64,000 bases of DNA, from the NCBI GenBank assembly GCA_032718475.1, contig JAUCBJ010004497.1, positions 1-64,000 on the forward strand. The letters are read 5' to 3'. The stretch comes from Nemertoderma westbladi. Taxonomy: Eukaryota; Animalia; Xenacoelomorpha. A program made the translations under genes and the position numbers. This document shows positions 26,346 to 37,466 of this stretch, in pieces (positions within the stretch are counted from its first letter, which is position 1; the number at the start of each line of letters is the position of its first letter). The notes under the pieces were generated by a model, which saw nothing but the letters and a program-made list of their open reading frames with translations, had not been told where the DNA came from and made no database searches.

Positions 26346-26992
26346 CTATGCAGTCTGTTGTAGACGTTGCATGCAATCAGTTATCAGCTGACAGCAGCCA
26401 GCTGATCGGTAGGTTTTGCCCTGCAGCTGAAGGCATTCTCAGGAGGCCAAGCAAGGAAATGTAGACTAAATTCACAATGGGAGACAGAATGAGTCTTGAA
26501 TGAAGAGATAGGTCTGTAGGTAACTAGCCACTGGGAAGCAGCACCACAAACATAGTGGGCTTTTGTGTTTGAATGTAATAATTTCAAGCTTTTGCAAGAC
26601 TGGCCGCAATGGGTGTCTAGCAATTACTTCGAAATGTTTAAACAATTCACGCCAGTCAGTCAGGCAACGTGTCTTGGGCTTGCCGCATTGAGTCATTCCA
26701 GTAACATTTTCATATATTCCGTTGTCGGCAGTGGTTGTCGTTGTCGCATAGCGTTTACACCCTTAATTTGACTTATTGTCAGGTTGTACCAGCTGACCTC
26801 GACTTTTGTTATCTCTACTGCGCTAGCGATACGGGCAAACTGGATTATCCGATGAGCGAGACCCGAGGACTGAAGAATGCATTGAATTTTTTGAGTTAGT
26901 TTGACTGTGGACTTCTATGACATCGATGCCAAGCTGTCAAAGCGAACGTTTTTTTTTAGTACAAGTTTGGTTAAATTTTCTTAATTATTTAT

Positions 26993-27089
26993 TTAAATTT
27001 CTTAAGTACCGATTTTGGGATAGAATTGCTCAATTTTAATCTGTATCTAATAACTGACCCTCGTCCTGCGCGATGGCCCCACGAACGTG
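26993..27089 (+). repeat. Dispersed ~95-bp repeat, second copy at ~53040-53136
   Basis: TAAATTTCTTAAGTACCGATTTTGGGATAGAATTGCTCAAT...GCCCCACGAACGTGT is present at both places. Confidence 0.8.
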
Positions 27090-27466
27090 TCACACAGCCT
27101 TAGAGTGGAAACAGTTAGATGGATTAGAACCCCCAATGATCGACGAGTATGCAGCTGTGATAACTCCTCAGTCCAAGATGAGACCAATGTGCTTTTAGTT
27201 TGCCCCATATCAAAGCCTATCTATCAAAAATTCCCTAATTTAAATTATACCGATTTAGAGTCACGTTTTAAAATGTTTAACTCAGGTACTGACTTATAAT
27301 TATACGCATGAAGTTATGGATTTATTTAAATAGGAATATTTTACATATTTGCAAATTGAGTGTGTTTATATTCGTGTAATAAGCCTACGAATCATATTTA
27401 ACTTGCACTAATTATTGCTTTTGTGCATCGTAGACGGGCCATATAAGCAATCCACTACTACTACTA
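27087..27466 (+). mobile_element. Extreme 3' fragment of a LINE (C-terminal zinc finger plus short-repeat tail)
   Basis: SHSLRVETVRW...RRVCSC..VQDETNVLLVCP fits the SHxLxIETGR..CxxC..EDExHxLLxC LINE C-terminus; (CTA)n tail at ~27454-27466. Confidence 0.7.
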
Positions 27467-27554
27467 TATTTCGTTACAAAATATGATATTTAGTATTATT
27501 TTGTTTTACAAATAGCAATTTTAGTTATTATTTATTGCAATAGCATTCCTTGTA

Positions 27555-28619
27555 GTGAGCATGAGCATGAGCGGCAACGTCTATCGTTGGTTTACAAATT
27601 ATTTAACTGGTAGGCGACAACGTGTAAAAATAGGTAATACTTTTTCAAACTACCATCCTATAATATCCGGGATTCCCCAAGGTTCCTGTTGTGGACCTCT
27701 TCTATTTATTATTTTTATTAATGACCTACCAAATAAAATGATCAGCGGTACATCTGCGAAACTGTTTGCTGATGATGCAAAATTATTTTCCGTCATTAAT
27801 TGTGCTAGTGATAGATACACGTTACAGGATAACATTAATATTTTCTCAGATTGGTCCAATTACTGGCAATTGAGTGTTGCCAACGACAAATGTAAGGTTT
27901 TAACAATAAATAGCGGTACTTCAGTATCTCCAATGTATACAATTCACGGCAAATATCTAGACTCTGTGCATGCTTACCGTGATCTTGGTGTAACTATTGA
28001 TAGTAGGCTTAATTTTTCAGAGCATATTTTGAATATTACAGCGTCAGCATATCGGTCTGTTAATAAAATATTTCGGTGTTTTATTACGTCTAACAGAGAA
28101 GCGCTGATTACGGCTTATAAATCATACACTCGGCCCGTTCTAGAATATGCTAGTTGTGTTTGGAATCCATTTACAAAGGGAGTACCTTTCTTTTGTCTAA
28201 CTGATAAACTTGAAGCCGTGCAGCGCTACTTTACAAGGCGTCTGTTTTTTCGTTGTCATCTGGACCCAGATATCCCATATATTGAGAGATTGACATATCT
28301 AGGCCTACAGCCACTAGAACTACGTAGGATACACGCTGACTTGGTATACACTTTTAAGATAATGCACGGTCTAGTTAATCTTAGGTGCAATGACTATTTT
28401 ACCGTAATAAGAAATTGCATTACCAGAGGACATCGTTTCAAAATTCGTGGGTCAAAGTGCAATACAAACTATGTTGAGAACGTATTTTTCAACCGTGTTG
28501 TTAACATATGGAACGATTTACCTACTAATGTGGTGAATAGTCCGTCTCTTAACGATTTTAAGTCGAAATTACTTACTGTGGATTTTAAAAAATATATAAA
28601 ATTTGATCGAAATCTGTAA
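27555..28619 (+). CDS. CR1-clade LINE reverse transcriptase, 5'-truncated
   Basis: SGIPQGS..GPLLF, LFADD, RDLGV, RPVLEYAS.VWNP, LEAVQR, LELRR, TRGH, FFNRVVNIWNDLP. Confidence 0.93.
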   Translation: MSMSMSGNVYRWFTNYLTGRRQRVKIGNTFSNYHPIISGIPQGSCCGPLLFIIFINDLPNKMISGTSAKLFADDAKLFSVINCASDRYTLQDNINIFSDWSNYWQLSVANDKCKVLTINSGTSVSPMYTIHGKYLDSVHAYRDLGVTIDSRLNFSEHILNITASAYRSVNKIFRCFITSNREALITAYKSYTRPVLEYASCVWNPFTKGVPFFCLTDKLEAVQRYFTRRLFFRCHLDPDIPYIERLTYLGLQPLELRRIHADLVYTFKIMHGLVNLRCNDYFTVIRNCITRGHRFKIRGSKCNTNYVENVFFNRVVNIWNDLPTNVVNSPSLNDFKSKLLTVDFKKYIKFDRNL

Positions 28620-28805
28620 CGTTTAATATTGATTTTAACTATGTTTTATTGAAGTGTATAATTTTACTTAATCTTAGTTTAGCTGGTGCATAAGTCACTT
28701 CGTGTCGTAAATTTTAATGATATAAGTGTGTTGTTTATCAATGTTATGTGTGCTGCACTAGCCGAGGTGTCTCCTCTAATAAAATATCTTATCTTATCTT
28801 ATCTT
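27570..28805 (+). mobile_element. 5'-truncated CR1 LINE with 3' UTR
   Basis: RT ORF, AATAAA at 28778 and an (ATCTT)n tail at 28786-28805. Confidence 0.88.
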
Positions 28806-29825
28806 AGTCTTACTTGCTGCAAGGTATAATTATCGCTGCTAGAAAGACATTGTCTTTGCGAGACAGCCATGCTCGAAATGATAAAGACATTATTGCATCG
28901 TGAATGGCATTTTTTACCTTATAGTTTTTGTTCTTAATTACATATTATATATATATATATTCGAGGTGTTTATTCGCAGGTGGATTCTCTATCCTGATGA
29001 ATTCAATGGGACAGCTGACATATTGCAGGAAGGCGACTACTCAACCAGTCAGCTACCTAATACAGCTGGGACACTTAGTTCCTTGAGACTCATTCCACAG
29101 AACGGAATGGTATTGTTTAACGGAACTTTCTATACCGGTAATTAATTACCACATATTAAGTAATGAGTAACTGATTAATAATTTAACATTATGCTGTTAG
29201 ATAAATATAATGTCTTATAAAATATAAGACATTATTATACCTTATAAAATGTCTTATAAATAATATAATTTTATATTGCGAAATTTTTAGATACTTCTCC
29301 ATTGAGTATTTATGCGTAGGGCCTATATCAAAAGCAGAACATGTACAAAAATTAATTCATCTGATGCATTAAAATGACCAGCAGAAAGAATGTGACACTG
29401 AGTAGTGTGTGGTTTAGGCTATACTTTATGATCTTCAGACTCCAAATGACCTTAAAGAGTCATATATTTGCATTAACACTAAAAACAAAATATTATAAAT
29501 TATCGCATTTCTTTAGAAATTGATGTTTTCCCCTCTTTAGGTATTCGAACAAGCAATTGGACAAGCAATTAAAATTGTGGCGATAAAAAGTAGCCTATTT
29601 TTTCGTCAATAATTCTTCCATCAAATTGATTAATTATAATTTATCCTAGTTAAATTCATTGCAACTTCTTTCATCCCATTCCTTGCTTTGTTAGCATTGA
29701 TTTTTCTTCACCCAACTTCCTCAAACAATCATATCCCACCGCGTTTTTGCTTCAGCTCATCCCAATTACGGCTTTTGGACCCTGTATCAGTGAGTTCATT
29801 GAAATGTCAGAATGTTTTGAGCTCA

Positions 29826-30815
29826 TTCATGTACAGGACAAACAGAGTCCCACAAGAAATGAAAACGAATAAGTTGGTCCCAATTCCCAAGAAGGGCAAC
29901 TTAACCCTCGATGTTTCTACCATGGGGCCCATTATGACACTTTAGAAGGATAATTGAAGAGTTATCAAAAAAGAATTCCTGATCTGTATTATGCCGTCTT
30001 TTAAGGGTCATAATTCAGTAAATAACATAACCTATTACTTGAGCACGTTTGCGGATGCTATTCAGATGATGGGAGTGTGAATGTTCATACTAATGATTCT
30101 AAATTGATCCTTACAGCAAAATCTCTCATGGCATGGCTTTATGGATTATTTAGAGATTGCAAAACTGTTAACTGTAACTGTCGCATTCAGTATTCTACCT
30201 GTGCGAATCAGATGATGATTCCTCATCATATTACTAACAAAGAGGATTGTAATTTGTTAACTCTAAATAGCATTCTGGGATCAGGGTCTATCTTCGGAAT
30301 AATGCGATATGGATAAGATGATACTCTGCTTATTACGAAATTGTTAACTGTGTTAAGGCTTTTGTGACTAAAAACAGGATTTCTAATCTAATGACAGGGT
30401 ATTGCCTGATAACTTTATAGAAGTAAAAGTGTCTGAGTCTGTACTCCCAGATATTCCCATTGGCGATATCTCCTTTGCAGAAGTGAAGGCTGCTGCAAAG
30501 AGCATTAAGACCAATCGTGCCAGTGGAGTAGATGGAGTTCCCCCTGAGGTCTTTAAAATACCTGAGTGTTTAAAGCTCATCTATCCCATCATAGTAGACA
30601 TGTACCGAACAACAAGAGTCCCACAAGAAATGAAAACAAATAAGTTGGTGCCAGCTCCCAATAAGGGCAACCTAACACTCTATGGTTCTTTTCGGGGAAT
30701 CTCAAAGCTATACAATAGGATTCTATTAAATCCCATCAGGGATCCCATTGAGAGACTGCTCCGTGGAAATCAGAATGGGTTCCGTAAAGGTCGTGGGACC
30801 ATGGAGCCCATTTTA
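29826..30815 (+). pseudogene. Two decayed RTE-type LINE RT fragments (~29826-29965 and ~30390-30815)
   Basis: RASGVDGVP, VPQEMKTNKLVP.P.KGNL (present twice), KLYNRILL, NQNGFRKGRGT. Confidence 0.75.
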
Positions 30816-31134
30816 CAATACAAAGTACAATAAAGCCACTACTATATTCAATATTAGTGTATACATGTATACCTACCGGTATGTAGCTGCTTAACTCCGA
30901 GGGTCTGACAGCTATTATTGGGCATTGCTCATAATCTAGTATAACACTGCGATGATGCTGCTAATATATAACAAATAATAAATAATATACGAACTGATAT
31001 CCAATATCAGCTTATGTACATGGCAAACGTAGGCAGCGAATCAAACTCGATGTAATATATAAGCCTTAGAATACCACCAACTGAATCAAGGAACCAAAAT
31101 ACCGGTACCGGTACCGGAAACCCAAACAAAAATT

Positions 31135-32100
31135 ATGCCGAAGCGAAGTGGAGAACAGAAATCAAAAGTGACAGGTAACCTCAGTAAATCGTTTTCTAAT
31201 GAAATGAATCAAATTCTAGGATTAGAGGAAAATTTAACATCTTTTGAAGACAGAATTGAGAAGATTATTATATCGAAACTAGGTGAATATACACAGGGTA
31301 TATCCAGCTCCCCGGATGAACCAAATCCAGCAAATTTATCCACGAAAGCATCTACTGCCGGGGAACCAGTCACACCGTTGTTATCGGCTAAGCAGAGAGC
31401 ATCATTGATTTCGAGTATAAAGGAAAATGTGAACTACGAGCTGGAGAAGATACGGGAATCCATCAATGAAATCAAGAATACGCTACAAAATCAACAGGAT
31501 GTTCTTAGCCGTCGACAAGATGATATTGAACAATATTCGCGAAGGAATTGTATAATTATCCATGGAGTCGCACATGAACCACGGGAAAAAACGGAAAATG
31601 ATACATGGGCCGTTGTCCAGCAATTCTTCCTACAGCAGTTGGACCTTACTGTGGAGGAATGGGAAGTAGATCGTTGCCATCGACTTACAACTACTATTCG
31701 CAAAGTTGGTTCATCTGTTCCTAGAATGTCGAAAGAAATCACTCCTCCAATTATTGTGAAATTGTGCCGCTACCGTTTCCGTGCTCGCATCTTCTCAGCT
31801 GTTCGCCGTTTGAAGGGCTCACCATTCTTTATAACAGAGTGCCTAACGAGATACCGCCAAACGATCCTAAAGAAGTCAAGGGAAATTGGGATAGCATGGT
31901 CACGAGACGGACGTATATTTGGAATTGACAAAAATGATCGTCGGTTTGAGATTTCTACTACTGAAGATACTAAGTTGATGAAAACGTTCACAAGGCAAGA
32001 GCGTCTATCAAGAAATGAGAAGCGACAGACTGCCACAGTTGTAGAATCCCCACGTTCAGAAAATGATCCAATGTTTCTAGGCTTCGCTCCTACTGAGTAA
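31135..32100 (+). CDS. LINE ORF1 (coiled-coil plus RRM-type nucleic-acid chaperone)
   Basis: Coiled-coil, then EQYSRRNCIIIHGV, VDRCHRL, PPIIVKL.RY, FITECLT..R, typical of L2/Crack/CR1-group ORF1; lies upstream of ORF2. Confidence 0.88.
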   Translation: MPKRSGEQKSKVTGNLSKSFSNEMNQILGLEENLTSFEDRIEKIIISKLGEYTQGISSSPDEPNPANLSTKASTAGEPVTPLLSAKQRASLISSIKENVNYELEKIRESINEIKNTLQNQQDVLSRRQDDIEQYSRRNCIIIHGVAHEPREKTENDTWAVVQQFFLQQLDLTVEEWEVDRCHRLTTTIRKVGSSVPRMSKEITPPIIVKLCRYRFRARIFSAVRRLKGSPFFITECLTRYRQTILKKSREIGIAWSRDGRIFGIDKNDRRFEISTTEDTKLMKTFTRQERLSRNEKRQTATVVESPRSENDPMFLGFAPTE

Positions 32101-32722
32101 TCATTTATAGTATAGCTATAGACCATGCCGGTACCGTACCGTACCGGAAGAGAAACACGTTTTGAGTTGATTTATAAGGATTTGATTCAGTTTTGTGTTA
32201 ACTTTTTTCAGTATAAAACTTTCTTTCAATTTTTCAGGAATTCATAGTTTAATGCCATGTTTCATAAACTGGTGGCACCATCCCGACCTATAATCCCCTA
32301 ACTATATTCCCATCCCTTTTTTTTTACAAACCATTTGATTGGGGATATAAAGTACATAAACAAACATACAACATATATATATATTATATATATACATGTA
32401 CTTAAATATATTGGGCAAATTTATTTGTCCAAAATCGCCGTCACCCTGCAACATTTTGTAGAGCTTGCTTTTAGTACTTTTGTTTTGCTTTTTGTTTTTG
32501 TTGTTTGGACTTTGACTCATTCAAACTGTTCTTTATAGGTATCTGTAGTTTACTTTCTTATTTAGTTAGTCTCAGTAGGAAGGCCTAATTATATTGCATG
32601 ACTTCCTATATTCAGTAGTGTAGATAAAAATCACACCTAAATTTTTCTAGTTGTAGTTGTTCCTCCTCTATACATTTTTTAGAGGGGATTTGCTTTCATC
32701 TTTAAACTGGTACCAACTTCAA

Positions 32723-35700
32723 ATGCTCGAGAAATGCCAAAAATGTACTAAAAATATAAATTCTAACAATAAGAAAGTATTACACTGTTGGATATGTAAC
32801 GCAAAATATCACGTTAAGTGTTTTTCCTTAATAAAAAAAGATATTGATTTTTTTCTTTCGAATTCACGATGGATCTGTACAAATTGTATTGTTAATATTT
32901 TTCCCTTTCAAAACATTGAAGACGATTCAGAATATTTATTATCAATTAATGACTATCGTCTACCATCCATTATAAATAGAGATCTATTAAATTCTAGTAT
33001 AGCGAACTTTTTCACCACAGATGAAAGAGATGGAAATGGAGTAGATGGACAGCTGGACCCAGACACTAATTTTTATCATAATATTAAATGCGACTACCAT
33101 TCTGATTTTTCACTTCTTAATAATTCTTCTAAATTTTCCTTTATGCACACCAATATTCGTAGTCTCAACAAGAATTTAGATAATCTCGCATACATGCTAC
33201 AATGCATATCTGAGCCCCCACGAATTATTGGCATAACTGAAACTTGGCAAAATAATCTCAATCATGATTCCTTTGCCTTAAAAAACTACGACTTTGAATA
33301 TGATTATAGAAAAAATCAAAATGGTGGTGGAACTGGTATATATATTCATAATTCGCTTAATTATATTAAGCGAAATGATCTCAATATATTCAATTCAGGC
33401 CTGTTTGAATCTACATTTATAGAATGGCAACGAGGGTCTAATAAAAATATTATATTTGGTTGCATTTATCGCCCGCCTAACTCAGATTTGGAGGAATTTC
33501 TCAAATTACTCAGTTCAACCTTAACAAAAATCAACAATGAAGGTAAAATTTGTTATCTTATGGGTGATTTCAACATAAATATACTGCATATAAACACATC
33601 ACCAATAGCGCATACATTTTTTGAAACCATATCATCTCACTGTTTTTTGCCCGTAATAAATAAGCCTACGCGAATAACAGACACGACCTCAACCGCAATA
33701 GACAACATTCTAACAAATGATTATTCAACTATTTGCGAATCAGGTATAATTATAGCAGATATATCTGACCACCTTCCTATTTTTGCAATCTGTGATATTG
33801 CGCTTAATTCCGTACCACCACCACCAAATTTCTACACTAAAAGGGACACCTCCGATTCTAATATAAATAAATTTTTGAACGCTCTTGGCAATAAATCAAA
33901 ACATAATGAATGGGAAACAATCCTGAATGAAACCGATGCAACTGAAGCGTACAACAAGTTTATATCAGAATACCAAAATTTATTTGTGCTAAACTTTCCA
34001 TTTAAACAATTTAAATTAATAAACATTGAAAAACCATGGATAACAAATTCTATTTATGCTTGTATCAAAAGGAAACAAAAATTATTTTCCTCATTCATAA
34101 AAACTAAAACGGAAGAAACAAAGACATCTTACACGAAATATAAAAATTTACTAACAACTTTAATCCGAAACTCAAAAAAACGTCATTTTTCACATCTCTT
34201 TGAAAAATTTAAATATAATATTAGTCAAACCTGGAATACTATAAAAGTACTTACTAATAGGAACAAGTCGTCTAGCTATCCATCTACTTTCCTAGTCAGG
34301 TCAAAATTGGAGGAAGATGAATATTGTATTTCAAATGCATTTAATAACCACTATGTATCTGTCGGAGAAAAACTTGCAAGTAAAATTCCAACTACAGATA
34401 GACCCGTGGCCACATTCCTGAAAAACCCAACCCTAAATTCAATGTTTTTGGATACCATTTCTGAAAATGATTTACTGAAATGTGCAATGTCTTTGAATAA
34501 TAAAAAGTCAATCGGGCTTGATGGCGTTGATCCAGTATTAGCACGGTCAGCACTTCCAAAAATTGCAACTCCCTTAACGCACATAATTAATTTATCTTTA
34601 CTCACAGGTGTTGTGCCAGACCAATTAAAATGCGCTAAAGTTGTACCAGTATTTAAAAGGGGTAATAAAAATATAATAACAAACTATCGTCCAATTAGCG
34701 TACTACCATATTTCTCAAAAATCCTTGAAAAAATTGTAAGCATACAACTCCTCGAATTTATTAAAAGAGAAAAAATATTAACCTCAAAACAGTTTGGCTT
34801 CCAAACTAAAAAATCAACTGAAACTGCGCTTTCATCTCTGTTACATGACCTTTTGACTGAAAACGAGAATAATAATATCACTGTGGGTCTGTTCCTGGAC
34901 CTCTCTAAGGCGTTTGATACTGTCAACCATAAAATATTAATTCAAAAACTCGAACACTACGGTATTCGTGGGACGCCTTTGGATTGGTTCAGGAGCTACC
35001 TAACAGATCGTCGGCAAAAAGTGCTATTTAAATCGACCCTATCAAATTCTAGTACAATAACTTGTGGCGTTCCACAAGGGTCTATTCTTGGACCGGTACT
35101 ATTTCTGATTTATATTAATGATATTACAGAATGTTCATCCATTCTAAATTTTGTTCTTTTTGCCGATGACACGAATATTTTCCACTCAGGATCTGACTTA
35201 AATATACTCATAGATCAACTTAACAGCGAATTACTTAATATATATAAATGGCTTGCAACAAATAAACTATCCCTAAATTTAGATAAAACTAAGTTTATAA
35301 TATTTTCTACTAAACAATACAGCTGGGCAAACAAACACATTTTGATTAACGGAAACTTAATCGAAAAAGTAAATGAAATGAAATTTCTTGGAATTATTAT
35401 AAGTAGTGATTTAAAATGGAACAAGCATATTCAATACATACGACTAAAAATAGCTAAAAATGTGGGAATTCTTGGTAAACTTAAACATTTCATCCCGTAC
35501 AAAATTCGCCTGACATTATACCACACACTGATCCGCCCATATCTCACATTCGCACTTACGGTATGGGGCAATGGTGCCAGTTCAAATAGTACAGCTACAA
35601 ATTCATTACTTATTTTACAAAAAAGGGCAATTCGCTACATACACTTAAAACATTCACAATACCATACAGAGGAACTCATGAAAACCCAGAACGAATTAAC

Positions 35701-35998
35701 ACTATCTAATATATATAAATATCAATGTTTACTTTTCATGTACAAATCTATTAATGGAAAACTAGATCTTCCAGAAAATTTAAAATCTATTTTAATAGTA
35801 AATCGACAGTTTCACAATTACAACACTCGTACAATGTACAATATTCATCTTCCTCTATATCGCAAATCATTAACTCAAACTGCAGTAACTTACCAAGGCC
35901 CACTATACTGGAATGACCTTCTCCCTGAAATACGCAGATCTCCTACATTAAATCAATTCAAAAATAATCTCAAGGGGGGGGGGGGGGGGGGGGGTTGA
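32723..35998 (+). CDS. LINE ORF2: PHD finger + AP endonuclease + reverse transcriptase (L2/Crack-like, CR1 group)
   Basis: First ATG at 32723; C4HC3 PHD (CQKC..CWIC..H..C..CTNC); APE motifs NIRSL, ITETW, GGTG, YRPP, GDFN, IDNI, SDHLP; RT motifs NYRPIS, QFGF, DLSKAFD, PQGSILGP, FADD, FLG; ends in a poly-G run. Confidence 0.96.
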   Translation: MLEKCQKCTKNINSNNKKVLHCWICNAKYHVKCFSLIKKDIDFFLSNSRWICTNCIVNIFPFQNIEDDSEYLLSINDYRLPSIINRDLLNSSIANFFTTDERDGNGVDGQLDPDTNFYHNIKCDYHSDFSLLNNSSKFSFMHTNIRSLNKNLDNLAYMLQCISEPPRIIGITETWQNNLNHDSFALKNYDFEYDYRKNQNGGGTGIYIHNSLNYIKRNDLNIFNSGLFESTFIEWQRGSNKNIIFGCIYRPPNSDLEEFLKLLSSTLTKINNEGKICYLMGDFNINILHINTSPIAHTFFETISSHCFLPVINKPTRITDTTSTAIDNILTNDYSTICESGIIIADISDHLPIFAICDIALNSVPPPPNFYTKRDTSDSNINKFLNALGNKSKHNEWETILNETDATEAYNKFISEYQNLFVLNFPFKQFKLINIEKPWITNSIYACIKRKQKLFSSFIKTKTEETKTSYTKYKNLLTTLIRNSKKRHFSHLFEKFKYNISQTWNTIKVLTNRNKSSSYPSTFLVRSKLEEDEYCISNAFNNHYVSVGEKLASKIPTTDRPVATFLKNPTLNSMFLDTISENDLLKCAMSLNNKKSIGLDGVDPVLARSALPKIATPLTHIINLSLLTGVVPDQLKCAKVVPVFKRGNKNIITNYRPISVLPYFSKILEKIVSIQLLEFIKREKILTSKQFGFQTKKSTETALSSLLHDLLTENENNNITVGLFLDLSKAFDTVNHKILIQKLEHYGIRGTPLDWFRSYLTDRRQKVLFKSTLSNSSTITCGVPQGSILGPVLFLIYINDITECSSILNFVLFADDTNIFHSGSDLNILIDQLNSELLNIYKWLATNKLSLNLDKTKFIIFSTKQYSWANKHILINGNLIEKVNEMKFLGIIISSDLKWNKHIQYIRLKIAKNVGILGKLKHFIPYKIRLTLYHTLIRPYLTFALTVWGNGASSNSTATNSLLILQKRAIRYIHLKHSQYHTEELMKTQNELTLSNIYKYQCLLFMYKSINGKLDLPENLKSILIVNRQFHNYNTRTMYNIHLPLYRKSLTQTAVTYQGPLYWNDLLPEIRRSPTLNQFKNNLKGGGGGGG

Positions 35999-36164
35999 TG
36001 AAACGTGGCTGTTAATGTTAAACGTGAATGAATTAATATCATAAAGTAGTATTGAGCATTACGCACAACCATAATAGATTAGATAGAGAATTGGGAATGT
36101 GAAGGCCCTTGTTTTCACGTGACTGCCATGTCATATTATGATGTAATGTATATCCACCATCTCT

Positions 36165-36239
36165 GAACTTGGGAGAAACGAAATTGCGACAACTATGGAG
36201 AATCGGGAAGCCTGGAAGGATCTCATTTCCACTGTCCGA
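36165..36239 (+). mobile_element. 3' end fragment of an RTE-type LINE, split by the BEL/Pao insertion (continues at 49089-49114)
   Basis: Joined across the TSD it reads ...MENREAWKDLISTVRVRST* followed by a (TAG)n tail at 49101-49114. Confidence 0.65.
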
Positions 36240-36757
36240 TGTGACGGGATCTACGGATCCCGGTTTATCCGTTGGGTTTTCTATCCACGCGTCCCCGCCG
36301 TTGTGTGAAAGGTAAAATAGTTCTGGTGTCCGGTTATATGTATAAGGTATAATAGTCTGATATATATATAGTATAGTATGCACAATAGGTAATATAAGTA
36401 TGATGGCGGTAGCGGACGGTGACAGAAGTCCCCGTTCCACCCTACTGATCTGACTGAGTAAACTGAATGAATGATTACAGGTTACCGGTTATATTGCACG
36501 GTGGCCTTACTGCTACTCAATCGATGCCATTCCCCCCTCTGATTGGTTATACCCTTGTTGGCGCCCCGTGGAGTATTCCCGTTCACTCCACCTGTTCTCT
36601 CTGGGTTAGGGGTTTGGCCCCTGACCCTCTATTGTGTGCTTCCTTCCCACTCTTATTGGGATGGCACGAGTTGGTTAATTGCCCAATCTCGTGGCTCCCA
36701 ATATTGCTTATCGGCTAATAACTTTATGGGGTGTTGGCGGGATTGAATAAGCTAACA
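36240..36757 (-). repeat. 3' LTR (518 bp)
   Basis: TGTGACGGG...AAGCTAACA; polypurine tract (minus strand ATGGGGGGGAG) adjacent at 36758-36768. Confidence 0.95.
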
Positions 36758-37466
36758 CTCCCCCCCATGCTATCTTCCCGGTAAGAAGATAGCATCAACC
36801 AAAAAAGTGCGCTACAATCCCGCTGGATCCCGATCTAGTATCGGGTGTGGGGTGGAATTCTTTTCTCTTGGAGCCGGCTTTCCAGGCCGCCCCCTATGGG
36901 TATGATAACGCTACCCTGTGTGCCTGGCGTCTCATGTCGGGCCGATCGCGCTCACCTCTTCACGCGATTTTTGTTTCCCCAACACTTTCGCCCTACCTCC
37001 CCTCTACTCTCACCCTAACTCTCTCATACCCCCGGACCTCCTCGTCCCTCACTCAGCCTCTTATTCTCCCCCCCCCCACACTAGAATTGCGCTCGCACTC
37101 TCTCCGCACTTCACACTCTTATTCCGATTCTCAAGTCCACTTTGACTGTTTTATCTCTCCTGACGAACCTCCCCCCCCTCTCGTGCCGCCGCACTCAAGA
37201 AGTGTGAAATTGTCAGTTGTCTCGTCCATAGTGCCATAGTCAATTGTCCCCCAGTCCCAGTAGCTAATTGAGAAAGGTTGTATGACTATAGTACTTACTC
37301 CAAACGTATGTATTTTACTGCTAATCACTACGTACGTACATACGAATTGCACTTATATGGTTATTTGCATTAATTAAATTTATACTTAATAGTTCGTACG
37401 TTACATGCGGCGCCTTCCAGGCGCACCACGTCCCAGTCTCAGTCTCATTCCCTCGCCTCCGGGAAC

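Noticed and set aside
26350-26950. Possible decayed transposase fragment on the minus strand
   Set aside because: Only a vague KTRC/W-like motif amid stops; not supportable
36039-36746. ORFs such as MERGLLSPS and MNDYRLP, repeated near 42.6-43.1 kb and 48.5-49.0 kb
   Set aside because: They lie within LTRs and are frameshifted between copies
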